From assembly GCA_963693365.1 (NCBI GenBank), contig CAVNZM010000009.1, positions 4,475,146-4,539,145 on the forward strand: DNA of 64,000 bases, in the 5' to 3' direction. Below are positions 14,535 to 27,566 of the stretch, piece after piece. This DNA comes from Amoebidium appalachense. Its lineage: Eukaryota > Protista > Ichthyosporea. Each line of letters begins with the position of its first letter. Position 1 is the stretch's first letter. The position numbers and the translations under genes are program-made. The notes under the pieces are model-generated. The model made no database searches. It was given only the letters and a program-made list of their open reading frames with translations, and had not been told where the DNA came from.

Positions 14535-15903
14535 ACACGCACACACGCACGCGCACACGCGCACACACACACACACACCTACAAGTAAAGACGAAAGCAC
14601 GGCCAAAAGAAAAAACAAATAAAAAAGTAAATAGAAGGACATTTGCAGCTTATACTCGCACACAAACTTGTTTAGTGTACACACGACAATCCACACACAA
14701 ATATGCCGCATTGACACACACGTACACACGTAGTAATCACACACTTGCACTTATGCGTTGAGGTACAATGTCAGCTTTTATGTCCACGTTCTAAATGGCC
14801 ATCCTGTACATCTCTGTCACTAAGAAGGGGCTCTGGTATTGATGATCTCGTGTATTTTGCGCACCTTCCTGACTTGGCTTTTTGCATGTACCTCACCTAC
14901 ACATCTGGGAGGGTACCCAGGATGCTACCTGAACAAGGCAAGTCTTTGTCCTTTCTCTTTTTGTGATTTTTTGTCTGATCAATATCTTCGTCCATTTAAT
15001 CATTCTTCTGTCAACACGAGGGGAGTGAGGGGGAGGGTGACCTTTTTCACAGTATGTTATTTTTTATTTGTATGCTAATTGTTTTCCTTGTGTGTGTGTG
15101 TGTGTGTTAAGGGGGGCGAGAGGGGGGAGGGAGGCGGGGTACTGTTACCTTTTTATTTTTTTCTTTTTAAGGGGGGGTTGGGGGGGGGGGAGGGGGGGGG
15201 GGTCGGTTCAGTGGGAGGAGGTGGCTGGGGGTGCTTGCTGAAACAAACGGGTGGGGGTGGGGTGGGGGGGGGGGTAGACATCTATTGGGGGTAGATCTGT
15301 TTTTTTCTTTTCTTTTTTTTTTTTTTTTTGTTTGGGGGGGGGGGGGGGGGGGGGGGGGGCTTGCTAACACCACCTCAGGTGCGGGAACGTTTACTCTACT
15401 TGCCTCCTGACATGGTCCCATGGTTTCGACTTCAGTGATGTTTTGCGGTTCTACAACATTGCATGCATCCCGTCTGCCACGTGCCTCGTTTGCCGTTTGC
15501 AAGGAGCAATCTCAAGTCTACCATCAGCCGCAATTCTGGCAACATTTCAACATGTTTCAGTGTATTTATCAAGGATTGTGTGCTTCCCTGCGACCCTGCA
15601 GCAACATATGCCCCTCCACCCTTCCCCCTCCCCGGCTCTGCCCTGCCCCAGCATCAGACCTGTAAAGAAAGTAAGCGCACGTGTGCTCGACTTTTGATCC
15701 CCTTCTACTAACGACCAATTCTCGCCTTCCCCCCCCCCCCCCCCCCCCCCCGGCCCAACTCTTTCCCCCCCCCCCCTCTCCCCCCACCCAAAAAAAGCCC
15801 CCCCCCTCCCCCCCATCCCCACACCCCTTCTTCCCTCCTCCATCCCTCTCCTCTTCACGCCTTTGAGGTCGTTCTTGCAGTGCCGTTCTTCACTATCCGC
15901 TTT

Positions 15904-15939
<36 letters not shown>

Positions 15940-16512
15940 ACCAACACATACACAATCACACCAACATGTCCACCACCACCACATATATGCACAGAGAGAA
16001 ACACACCCTCCCCCCCCCCCCCCCCCCCCCCCGTCCCCCCCCTGCACACACAGACACCCCGCCCCACCCCTCTTCTGTCTCCCACTCTCTTCCCCTCCCC
16101 TCTTGCCTGGCAAAACAAGCCCCCCCCCCCCCCCCCCCCCCCCCCTCCCCCCCCCCCCCTTCTCCACCCTGGCCTCCCCTCCCCTTCTCCCCCCCCTCAC
16201 CCACATTCCGTCCAAAAATCACTCTCACCCATCTTTGCGTCATGCGTCATCCCTCTTTCCCAGTTTTAAGGTATCTGTGCGGCCGTGCATGGGTAGATGC
16301 ATTTCTTGTTGTGTGTGGCATATAGTAGGCAACAGTGTGTGAGGGAGACGTGGTGGTGGTGTGTCTGTGTGGTGGTGGTGTTGTGGTGTAGTGTGATGTG
16401 GTGTGGTGGGCTACATTGTTTTCTAATTGGTGCCTTGCAGGGACGATGCCGGAGTGATCTGCCGCCACTTCAAGACGACCAGCAGTCTCTCCCCTCTGAT
16501 GGTGAGTCCCCC

Positions 16513-16549
<37 letters not shown>

Positions 16550-16789
16550 ACACACACAGACACCTCCCCCCCCCCCAAAAAATAAGAAAACACACACGGA
16601 CACACCCTCCGTCGTTACCCCACCCCACCACCCACCCACCCCCCCCCTCTCTACCCACCCACCCACACACACACACAGCCACAAGGAAAGGGAAAGGCAC
16701 GGCCAAAAGAAAAAAATAATGAAAAAGGAACAGAAGCACCTTTGCAGCTTACGCAGGTCACATAATTGTGGTAGGCGAACACGACAACA

Positions 16790-16945
16790 CGTACACACAA
16801 AGACACGTAGGCACACACGCACACACAAAGACACGTAGGCACACACGCACACACAAAGACACGTAGGCACACACGCACACACAAAGACACGTAGGCACAC
16901 ACGACAACACGCAAGCACAAAGACACGTAGGCACACACGCACACA
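16790..16945. repeat. 28-bp minisatellite (cacacaaagacacgtaggcacacacgca), about 5 units
   Basis: Direct reading. Confidence 0.9.
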
Positions 16946-17339
16946 CGCAGTAACTGGGCACATGCACTGGCATCCATATTTCAGGTACAAGGTACAATGT
17001 CAGTTTTCTTGTGCACGTTTTCAATGGCTCTCCTGTGCATATCACTGTCACAAAGAAGGTGCTTGGTATTGTTGATCTCATATATTTACACAATGCTGAC
17101 TTGCCTTTTTGCACATATCTCACCGACAACGCCTGGGAGGGTACCTGGGAAGCTACCTGAATAAGGCAAATTTTTCCTTTTCTCTTTTTGTGATTTTGGT
17201 GTCAAACAGGAAGGGGGGAGGGAGGGGGGTAGTGTTCTTTGCATTGAGAAGAAAAAAAGGGGGGGTTTGCTAAAAAGACGGGGGGGGGGGGGGGGGGTAG
17301 ATGTGTCTGTGTATGTATGTGGGGAGAGGAGAGGATTGG

Positions 17340-17375
<36 letters not shown>

Positions 17376-19421
17376 GGGGGGGGGGGGGGGGCTAACACAA
17401 CCACAGGTCCTGGAGCGTTCTTTTGCTCTGCCTCCGTTCATGGCCTCTGGTTTCGACTTCAGTATCGTGTTGCGGCTTTACAACATGCATCGAGTCTGCT
17501 TCCTGCCTGTTTCGCCGCTTGCAAGTAGCAATCTCCAGCCTCGCACCTGCTGCAAGTCCTGCATGCTTCAGTGTGTTTATCGAATGCTGTGTGCTTCCCT
17601 GCAACCCTGCTGCAACACTTGGTGTGATTATGCATGTCGTGGAGACTGTGTGGGACCCCTACCTCCAAAACGTGCTTTCGTCGTATTTTCCTCGATATTA
17701 TTCTCCTACCGGCCTTCCTGGGGGCCTTCCTGGGGCTCTCGACGAAACTCGTGTGAAAGGTGCCCTTCATGTCAGTTCGTGTGGTATGCTCGTGTCTTCA
17801 TGATGTGTGTCTGGGAAGTGGATGTGTTTTCACGGTGAAAAGGATGGGTCGAATGGATGGATACTAGTGAAGTGTATTAAAAAGGAGTAGAAAGGGTTTT
17901 GATGAAGATGGGTGGTTATATACTCGAGGTAGATGGTTCATGGTGCTGGAAATATATGCTGTTGTTGGGAAATAGTTTTTTGAGAAATATCCTAGCATAA
18001 AAGCCGAGTCTAGATGTTGCTTTTACATAGATGTTGCTACTTCTAGTAGTTAGTCTTTGTGTTCGTGGCATGTACGTTTGTTCGGCTGTAAAATGGGCAG
18101 TGGTGGGTGCGGGTAGGAGCGTATGTTGTGCTGTGTGCTGTGAGTGAGTGGGTCCTTGTGGAGTTGCGGTGTTGTGCGCTTGAGTACTGTGTTCTTCCTC
18201 TCCCTCCCTCCCTCTCCCTCACTCTCTATCTCTCTCTCTTTCTCGTGTGTGTGTGTGTGCGTGTGCGTTTGTGTGTGAACGTTTTAGGTGCTTTATAAAC
18301 ATGTCCCCCCACTCCTCGGTGGAGGGGAAAAAAAAAAAAAAAAAAAAAAAAAAAGGAGGGGAGAAAAGAAAAGAAAAGAAGATAAGAAAAGCAAAGATAC
18401 AAGTCAAAAGGGGGTTTCAGTAGCAAAGAAACGAGTCACATAGGGGTTTCAGTATTTCATTCAAAATGTTAGTGTTCTGGCTTGACTTTTGATTGTGCTT
18501 TTTTTTGGTTCCTGGCCGTTCGTACGAAAATGTAATTTCGGCATGTGTTGATAAGACGGCAATCGGTTTGTGGATGTTGTGACAATGTGTCGGTGAGAGG
18601 AGGATCGACTTCGGTTTGGGTTTTCCGAGTAAGAGCGTGCAAGTAGTGCCCGAAAAGCTCTGGTTTTACGGATTCGGTATCATCTTCCGGGCTGCTGGAG
18701 ACAACTACCAAGGTTTCCCCCAGGTACTCTTTCATCTCATTTGCTTCCCCCCCCCCCCCCCCCCCCTTTCCCCCTCCCCTTCCCCATCTCTCAACCCCCC
18801 CCCCCCTCCCCCCCGCCTCCCCCCCCCCCTTCCCCCCCCCCTCCCTTGTGTGATCCCTCGATCCTTTCACTCCTCTCTGGGCTTGTTTGAAACCCCATTC
18901 CCCTCCCCTCCCCCCCCCCCCCCCCCCCTCCCCCCCTCCCCCCCTCCGTGCTGATGTACTTTGTACTCTGTTAAGTATTCTCACCTCCATCCCCACCCAC
19001 CCACACACAGGCCATGGATACTTCTGGACCTTTCTGGACTGCCAACACGTGGCACCACCCGCATGCACCAACCCTCCGCCCTGCCTGCTGCTCTCAGCCC
19101 TCCACCTGCCCACCACTGCCTCCCTCCTGCCGCTACCACAACACACACCAACACGGCAACAAAGCATCGAAACACCAACACGGCAACAAAGTATCGAACC
19201 ACCAACACGGCAACAAAGAATCGAACCTCGGCATAACACAACACATCAAAGTTGCACCGCACACACATACACGCCCACAGACACGCACACACACATGCTT
19301 GCGTACACACAGCCACATGCACATGCACATGCACACATCAACACACACATGCACACACACACACACACACACACACATACGCACACACACATGCGCACAC
19401 ATGCGCGCACGCGCGCGCGCA

Positions 19422-19476
<55 letters not shown>

Positions 19477-20364
19477 ACACACCCACAACCACACACGTAC
19501 ACGGCAACGTCGACAACGTGTGAATCACCGGCAAATCGTCTCGATACCCACCACCAACGTGCGTGTCAGCCTCAACACAAGCTTGCTCATTAACATGCAA
19601 CCAAGCTGAGCTCGACTCGATTCGATCCCACCTGGCCCGGCCGTTTATGCTGAGTTGAACCTGCAACCGTTTTGGCAGACCCGGCCCGACCTTGCCGACC
19701 GACCGGATGCTGTGTGCTGGCTCTGACCCGTAGCCGTGATCCCCACAGGACTGCCACTGGTCTTCTCAAGTGGCTTGGAATGCCGCACTGTGAAAGGTAT
19801 ATATTCTCCCTCCCCCTCCTCCCCCTCTCTTTTTCCCCCGCAAACGCACACACACACACAACCTCCCTCCCTCCCTCCCTCCCTCCCTTCCCCCACCCCT
19901 CCCCCCTCCTCTCCAACCCTCCCCCCCTCCCTACCTCCCTCCCTCCCTCCCTCCCTCCCCCACTATCTCTTTCGTTCCACCCCCACCCCCCCGGCCCCCC
20001 ACCTCTTCCCCCCCCCCCCCTCCCTCCCTTCTGCACCTCACGTTACACAGAACCCACAACAAGCACGCACACGCGCGCACGCGCACACGCGCGGGCACGC
20101 ACACGCACACGCACACGCACACTCACACTCACATTCACTCTCGAACACACGTTCACACACACGCACAAATGCGCACCTCTATATTCTAAAAACACAAGAA
20201 AATATATACACAAACATGCACACTTTGCATGCATGCAGGCACTCTTTAATGAGAGCATTGAGGGCATGGGCTGGCGGTAAGTATCTCTCTTTCTCTATCC
20301 GCCTTCTGGTGGATTCTGATTGGGTGTTTTGCAGGTGTGGAGATCGGCACGACTCTCAGCACTT

Positions 20365-20830
20365 ACTGTGTGTTGCTATAAATGTTATCAGACATATACC
20401 ACTATAACCACTGCTCTAACTATATATTGCTATAAATAGTATGAAATATACCACTATAGCCACTGCTCTAACTATGTGTTGCGTTAAATAAAAAAAGATA
20501 TACCACTATAACAACTGCTGTATCTATATGTTGCTATAAAAAGTATGAAATATACCATTATAACCTCTGCTATAACTATGTTTCTAAAATAAATAGCATC
20601 CTATTTGTTGCTATAAATAGTACTACAATTTTTACCACTATAGCCATTGCTCTAACTATAGTCATTACTCTAACTATAGGTTTCTATATATAGCATTGTT
20701 TCTATAATAGTACTACAGTATCTACCACTATAACCACTGTACTAACTACATATATGCTTTTATAAGTAGTAATAGACAGAAACGCTGGAACTATATATAT
20801 TGCTATGAATAGAGTATCAGATAGACAGTA
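20365..20830. repeat. Degenerate AT-rich ~50-bp minisatellite (tgttgctataaatagt...ataccactataaccactgctctaacta)
   Basis: Recurring gctataaa and taccacta motifs. Confidence 0.75.
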
Positions 20831-21305
20831 CCATATAGTTGTTCACGTGATTATATTGGTCCTGTATTAACTCACCAGTGTGTGCATGCTTTCTGTGTGC
20901 ATTCTTCGTCTCCTTATATCTTATCTTGTGCATGATCACTTCTATGTTCTTATATCTACATTTTGCATCAATGCTTCTTCTACTTGAAAGACGGTTTTTT
21001 TAAATTAAAAAAAAGAAGATTCCGGCTTTCAACTATCTCTTTAGGATTTATCTTCTGAATGTATCTCTGTTTCTCTGTGCACCATTATCAGCTCCAATAC
21101 GTGTTTTTAAGTTTCACTATCACTATTGCTATCACCATTACGTCATGGCATGTTCACTATGCACCAATTTCGTCACCAACACGAGACATTATGCACCGCT
21201 GCATCACATCACATCAGTTACTTGTCTTGTTTTTTTTTTTTGAAGTTGTCTATCGTGTTGTGTTCTTTGGTTCATCTAACATGCATCCCCACCACCTGCC
21301 ACCAC

Positions 21306-21541
21306 CATGCTAGCATTGCCCCAGCGTTGCTCTGTCAGCACTTGTGTGCTTTCAGTGTGCTCCGTGTGGCCTCTTGCAGCGCGCAGTACCGTGTGCAGTG
21401 TGCACCGAGTACCTGTGGGCGTGCAGTACCTCTTGCACGTGTGCACAAAGTACATGCGGCCCTTTTGATTGGCTGGTGCTTGTGCGTCCCCGCCGTCGTT
21501 GCGTGCGGGGTAGCTTTCCACCCACCAAAGAAAACCGTCTG
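21306..21541 (-). CDS. Conserved exon, array copy 4 (array boundary)
   Basis: Same frame open; similarity ends at the acceptor. Confidence 0.55.
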
Positions 21542-21607
21542 CTGAGCCGAGATAGTGCTTGTCAGCACTTCGGTCACAAAACCCTCCCCTCCCCCCCCCT
21601 CCCCCCC

Positions 21608-21646
<39 letters not shown>

Positions 21647-22154
21647 AGCAGGGGCCTCTCACGCTCTATGGGAGAAGCAACAAACCATTCACTCCGACCT
21701 CAAACTGCACCAGGGCCCATCAAGTCATGAGTTAACGAATCACCCTGAGTCGACGAGCCCCCTCCTGCCCCTCCTCTCCCTTCCCCTCCCCCCTCCCCCC
21801 TCCCCCCCCCCTTCTTCTTCTCCCCCCTCATTCCTCCCCCCCTCCCCCCCCCCCCCCCCCCCGCCCCGCCCCCGAACCTCCCCTCCCCCCCCCCCCTTCG
21901 GCCCCACCCCCCCACACCCCCACCCACCCACCCACACACACACACACCTGCCCACACAGCAAACATAAACACCGGTCCACTCCCTCTCCTCTCCTAGTGT
22001 GTACTATGTGTCTGCAATGGTAAGTCGTCAGCTCTGTGGTTTTGCCTCCATCTTTGTTGTGTCCTGCGCCTCCCCCCTCCCCCCCCCTTCCCCCCCCCCC
22101 CCCCCCCCCCCCTGCCCCCCGACACGCACACACACCGCACACCTCCTGCCCCCC

Positions 22155-22190
<36 letters not shown>

Positions 22191-22389
22191 CCCCCCTCTC
22201 CCAAACACACCAAAAAAAGAAAGCAACGAAAAAGAAAAACAGAGGAAGAAGAACTGCAAGAAGTAAATAACAGAAAGAACACACGCAGATTCTGAAGGCG
22301 AGGGGGGCGAGAGAGAGGGGGGAGGGGGGGGGGGGGAGAGAGAGGGTTGCAGGATATTCGATGTGTTCTGGGCAGTATGCTTTTAATGT

Positions 22390-22607
22390 GACATCGACAG
22401 GGCTTAAACGCAAAAAGAGCACCCATATGATATAATTAATGATTGTAATAAAACAATAATTGAAGTAGGAATATTCCTACTTATTTTATTGTTTTTTTAC
22501 ATCGACAGGGCCCAAACGCAAAAAGAGCACCCATATGATATAATTAATGATTGTAATAAAACAATAATTGAAGTAGGAATATTCCTACTTATTTTATTGT
22601 TTTTTTT
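22390..22607. repeat. ~108-bp direct tandem duplication
   Basis: 'acatcgacagggc..aaacgcaaaaagagcaccc...ttattttattgttttttt' occurs twice in tandem. Confidence 0.9.
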
Positions 22608-23302
22608 TATTCCTACTTTTCTTGTAGTTTTTTATACATGTGCCACCGTGTGTGCAACACCGTTTACACACCGTCACGACGATTAAATGTAGATGTGCTC
22701 ATTACTCGCATATAAGTATCTGTTGTAGTGTGCGATGGGAGTCTGTGTATTCTCCGTAATTGTGAATGCCAAAACCAGCCTGCTGCCAGGACCACCTTTG
22801 AAATATGTCTTTGCATTTGCCTCAGCGGATCATTAGGGTTAAATTGCCATCTCAGTAGGGTACCCAAGCATGTACTTGAATATAGTTTGCATGTGGCTAA
22901 GTGCAAACAAAATGACCCGGGAGCGCAGGTTGCTATTGTTGTTTTTCCAAGGGGGGGGTTTTTTTTTTTTTCTTGGGGGGGGGGGGGGGGGGGGGGGGGG
23001 GGAAGGGGGGAAGGGGGGGGGGGGAAGGGGGGGGAATGGGGGAGGGGGGGGGGGGGTGTCGGATGTGTGTGTTAGTGCGCACCCACATGCGTGCACGCAC
23101 ACACGTGTGTCTGTGTGTGTGCCTGCCTCTGTGTGTGAGTGTGTGTGCATGTGCGAGCACGTGCCTGTGTGTGCACATGTGTGTGTGTGTGGATGAGCGG
23201 CGTGTGTGTGTGTGTGTGTGGTGGCCATTGGCCGCAGGAAGGGGTGGGGGAGAACGTTTTTGGGGAGGGGGAGGGGGCGGGGTTGTAGTCAATTCCGGGG
23301 GG

Positions 23303-23333
<31 letters not shown>

Positions 23334-23426
23334 AGGGGGGGGTACGTGTATGTGTGTGTTTAAGTGCGCACGCATGTGGGTGCCCGCGCAAGCGTGCGTG
23401 TGTGTGTGCGCACGCCTGTGTGATGC

Positions 23427-23494
<68 letters not shown>

Positions 23495-23769
23495 ACGGCC
23501 ATTAATATTGGCCGCGGGAAGGGGTGGGGGAGAACGTTTTTCGGGAGGGGGGAGCGGGGGGGGGGGGGGGGGGGGGGGGGAGGAGGGGGTTGTAGTCGAT
23601 TCGGGGGGGGGGGGGGGGGGGGGGGGATAAATCCTGAGCATCATATTGCTGACATCAACGAACCACTGCAGGGCTGGTGGTCTGTATCCACCACGCGGCA
23701 CCTTTGGGCAGCAGGGATATGACGGTGCAGCCATGGGATTGCTTTAATTCGATTGCATATGAATATCTT

Positions 23770-24150
23770 GGGCCATTAGATAGCCGATGGATAACTTGGT
23801 GTGTTGGATACTCATTGATATCATGGTGTAATCGAATAGCCCATCACAAAAGGTGTTGGTGTGTTGGATAGCCATTGGATAATTTGGTGTGTTGGATATT
23901 CAATAGATATCTAGTTGGTGTATTTGAAAACGAAATGGCCAATGTATATTTTGGTGTGTCGAAGAGCGAATGGTAAGTATTAAGAGTCGTGGTGTATTGG
24001 ATAGCCAATGGATATTTTGGTGTGCTGGATAATCAATAGATATCTGGGTCTATTGCATAGCGGATGGGGACCGTTATCTATTGCATATAGGTATCATGGC
24101 ACACGTGTATGGGATAGCAAACAAATATGCTTGTGGATAGCCAATGGATT
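23770..24150. repeat. Degenerate ~29-bp minisatellite (ttggtgtgttggatagccaatggata)
   Basis: About 10 diverged units. Confidence 0.75.
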
Positions 24151-24729
24151 TTCTTAAGGTGGCCCTAATTCAGGACTCGGTGGTGTGTGTGCGGAGAGTG
24201 TGTGTGTGTGTGCTCGTGCGCGTATGATGCACGTGCGTGTGCGTATGATGCACGTGCGTGTGCGTATGATGCACGTGCGTGCGTGTGCCCGTGTGCCACT
24301 GGTGTGGTGCTTCACGTAGGTTCACATGTGCATGCTCACAATGTGAGCCTGTACCTGTGATACATCATGTGTAGGTGCGAGCTGTGTGCGTGCGTGTGTG
24401 CGTGCGTGTGTGGGTGCGTGTGTGTGTACATGTGTGCGTGCGCACTGTGTAGATGTTTTTATTAAGGTCTGTGATTGGAGCCGGCTAGTCGACTCATATA
24501 TGCCCATCATGTAGCATGGGATCCCGCAAACGTCTAATAAGGTTCAGTATATCTCAGGCCAAAATATTGAAAGATAATTCTTTAGTATATCTTTCAGTAG
24601 GAGGGGGGGGGGAAGAGGGGGGGGAAGGAGGGGATTTGGGAGGAAAGCATAATCAATCACTGTACGCGTGAGGCCTCAATAAGTCAATTGGTAAATTGCA
24701 AATTGCCTCCTATCCCCGCCCCCCCAGTG

Positions 24730-25220
24730 TGTGTGTTTTTGTGTGCTTTTGTGCCGTGCTAGGTGTTGTGTTTTTGTGTGCTTTTGTGCCGTGCTAGGTG
24801 TTGTGTTTTTGTGTGCTTTTGTGCCGTGCTAGATGTTGTGTTTTTGTGTGCTTTTGTGCCGTGCTAGGTGTTGTGTTTTTGTGTGCTTTTGTGCCGTGCT
24901 AGGTGTTGTGTTTTTGTGTGCTTTTGTGTTGTGTTTTTGTGTTCTTTTGTGCCGTGCTAGGTGTTATGTTTTTGTGTGCTTTTGTGCCGTGCTAGGTGTT
25001 GTGTTTTTGTGTGCTTTTGTGCCGCGCTATGTGTTGTGTGTATGGGGTGTTTTTGTGATGTGTTTTTGTGTATTTTTGTGCCGTGCTAGGTGTTCGGTGT
25101 GTGGGGTGTTTTTGTGTTGTGTTTTTGTGTATTTTTGTGCCGTGCTAGGTGTTGTGTGTGTGGGGTGTTTTTGTGTGCTTTTGTGTTGTGTTTTTGTGTG
25201 CTTTTGTGTTGTGTTTTTGT
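24730..25220. repeat. 35-bp minisatellite (gtgttgtgtttttgtgtgcttttgtgccgtgctag)
   Basis: Near-perfect units that decay to the right. Confidence 0.9.
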
Positions 25221-25306
25221 GCCTGTGCTTGTGTGTTGTGGAGGGGGGCGTCGAGAAAGACGGAATGGCACATACTATAGTATTACATTCAATTCAGATT
25301 GAAGCC

Positions 25307-25668
25307 TTATGCTTTATATAAACACCCAAAAATAATGTTGCCGTGTGATATTTTATGCAGTTATAGTCACTCGGAAACATTTACATTATTGCCGATCAGA
25401 ACAGTCACTGAAATATAACGAATTACTACTTATGCTTTATATAAACACCCAAAAAAAAATGTTGCCGTGTGATATTTTATGCAGTTATAGTCACTCGAAA
25501 ACATTTATTGCCGATCAGAACAGTCATTGAAATATAATGAATTACTACTTATGCTTTATATAAACACCCAAAAAAAATGTTGCCGTGTGATATTTTATGG
25601 AGTCATAGTCACTCGAAAACATTTATTGCCGATCAGAACAGTCATTGAAATATAATGAATTACTACTA
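25307..25668. repeat. Three tandem ~120-bp units downstream of a minus-strand stop codon
   Basis: 'ttatgctttatataaacacccaaaa...gaattactac' x3; units 2 and 3 contain AATAAA on the minus strand. Confidence 0.9.
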
Positions 25669-25762
25669 CTTCCAAAATCACCAGACATATACTTCCAAAG
25701 CAATCACCCACAACATTTTTAAGATCAAGATCACTATAAAAACCACACAAGAAAGATTACCC

Positions 25763-26020
25763 TTAACTCACAAGTCCGCCACGATGCCTCTTGCGTGGCC
25801 CTTCCCCCGAATCATCTTGTGCTGCCCTTGTCGCCCGGCCCCCAGCTGCTTCCAATGCAGACTTGAACACACGACGTGTCGTTTCTTCGTATTTGTTCAT
25901 TACAGCTTCGAAGTCTCGCAGGTCACGATCCTGGTCTTTAATGAAATTTTCAAATGTTTTCATTACGTCTGTATCCCGACTCTCTTTATTCCACTGGGAA
26001 CACAGGGGCGGCCTTTGAAC
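25763..26020 (-). CDS. Putative terminal exon of an unidentified gene (charged helical segment, PRKRHR NLS-like motif)
   Basis: ctacag acceptor, 85 sense codons (VQRPPL...GLVS), then TAA; high-complexity, protein-like composition. Confidence 0.5.
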   Translation of the reverse strand, partial: VQRPPLCSQWNKESRDTDVMKTFENFIKDQDRDLRDFEAVMNKYEETTRRVFKSALEAAGGRATRAAQDDSGEGPRKRHRGGLVS

Positions 26021-26275
26021 CTGTAGTTGCAAACGTGTGCGTGTCCTGTACATGTGTGACTGATGCGTTTGTGTGTTTTCGCCCTAGTGTACGGATCTGT
26101 GTGCCACTACCATGACCGTGATGTACTTAGGCTTCTGCACAATGCATTTGTTCGGGCTGGAGAGTGGGGACTTTGTAACAAATTATAGACACTGTGAGAG
26201 TATAAGGTACATGTTCACGTCAGAAATACACGGTGTGTACAGTGCAGAATTTGCCAAGCCTCCCTCCCCCTCCCG

Positions 26276-26312
<37 letters not shown>

Positions 26313-26420
26313 ACACACACACACCCACCCACCCACCCACCCACCCTGTACATTGCACACGCGCGCGCACACACACACACACACATACACGTTCACACAC
26401 ACCACACAGTCACACAGTCA

Positions 26421-26515
<95 letters not shown>

Positions 26516-26794
26516 TGTTTACTTTTTTATTAAATCCCGTTTTGTTCCCGGAGGGACCCCTTGCGCCCTCAGGGGGAACTACCGTCTTCCACCCAGCACC
26601 GACAGTACTCTAGCTAGGGTGCTACGGTATAACACAAACATGTATACAGTGTCACATGAGAAACCTGCACACATACAGGACCAGGGCCTGCTTTTTGGTG
26701 ATGGTGGTGGTGGTTCCTGCGGCAGGGGTGGTAGTATACGTAATCATTCAATGAGTCAATGTGCGAGTGAGTGTAAGTGTGAGTGAGTGTGTGT

Positions 26795-26825
<31 letters not shown>

Positions 26826-26827
26826 GG

Positions 26828-26976
<149 letters not shown>

Positions 26977-27340
26977 TGTGTGTGTTTGCGTGTTTGCGTG
27001 TGTGTGCATATGTGTGTGTGTGCGTGTCCGTGCAATTTTTTTTTGTCTGTGTGTCTAAGATACGTGTGTGTGGGACGTGTGTGTGTGCGTGCGTGCGCGT
27101 GTCAGAATGTGCCTGTGTGTGTACGTGTGCGTGTACTACGTGTGTGTACGGTGTGTGTGTGTGTGTGTGTGTGTGGTGTACGGTGTGTGCGCGCGCGCGT
27201 GTGTGTGTGCGCATGTTTGTGTGTGTGTGTGTGTGTGTGTGTGACACTGCAGTATATTATATGTGCGTGCGTGTGGGTGGGCGTGCGTGTACGTGTGTGT
27301 TTTTGTGAACGTGTGTGTGTGTGTGGTGACGTGTGTGTGT

Positions 27341-27465
<125 letters not shown>

Positions 27466-27504
27466 TGCGTGTGTGTGTCCATACCCCCCCCCCCCCTCCC
27501 CCCC

Positions 27505-27566
<62 letters not shown>

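Noticed and set aside
25307-25668. CRISPR-like or snoRNA array
   Set aside because: Whole units repeat without unique spacers, and C/D boxes are not consistently present.
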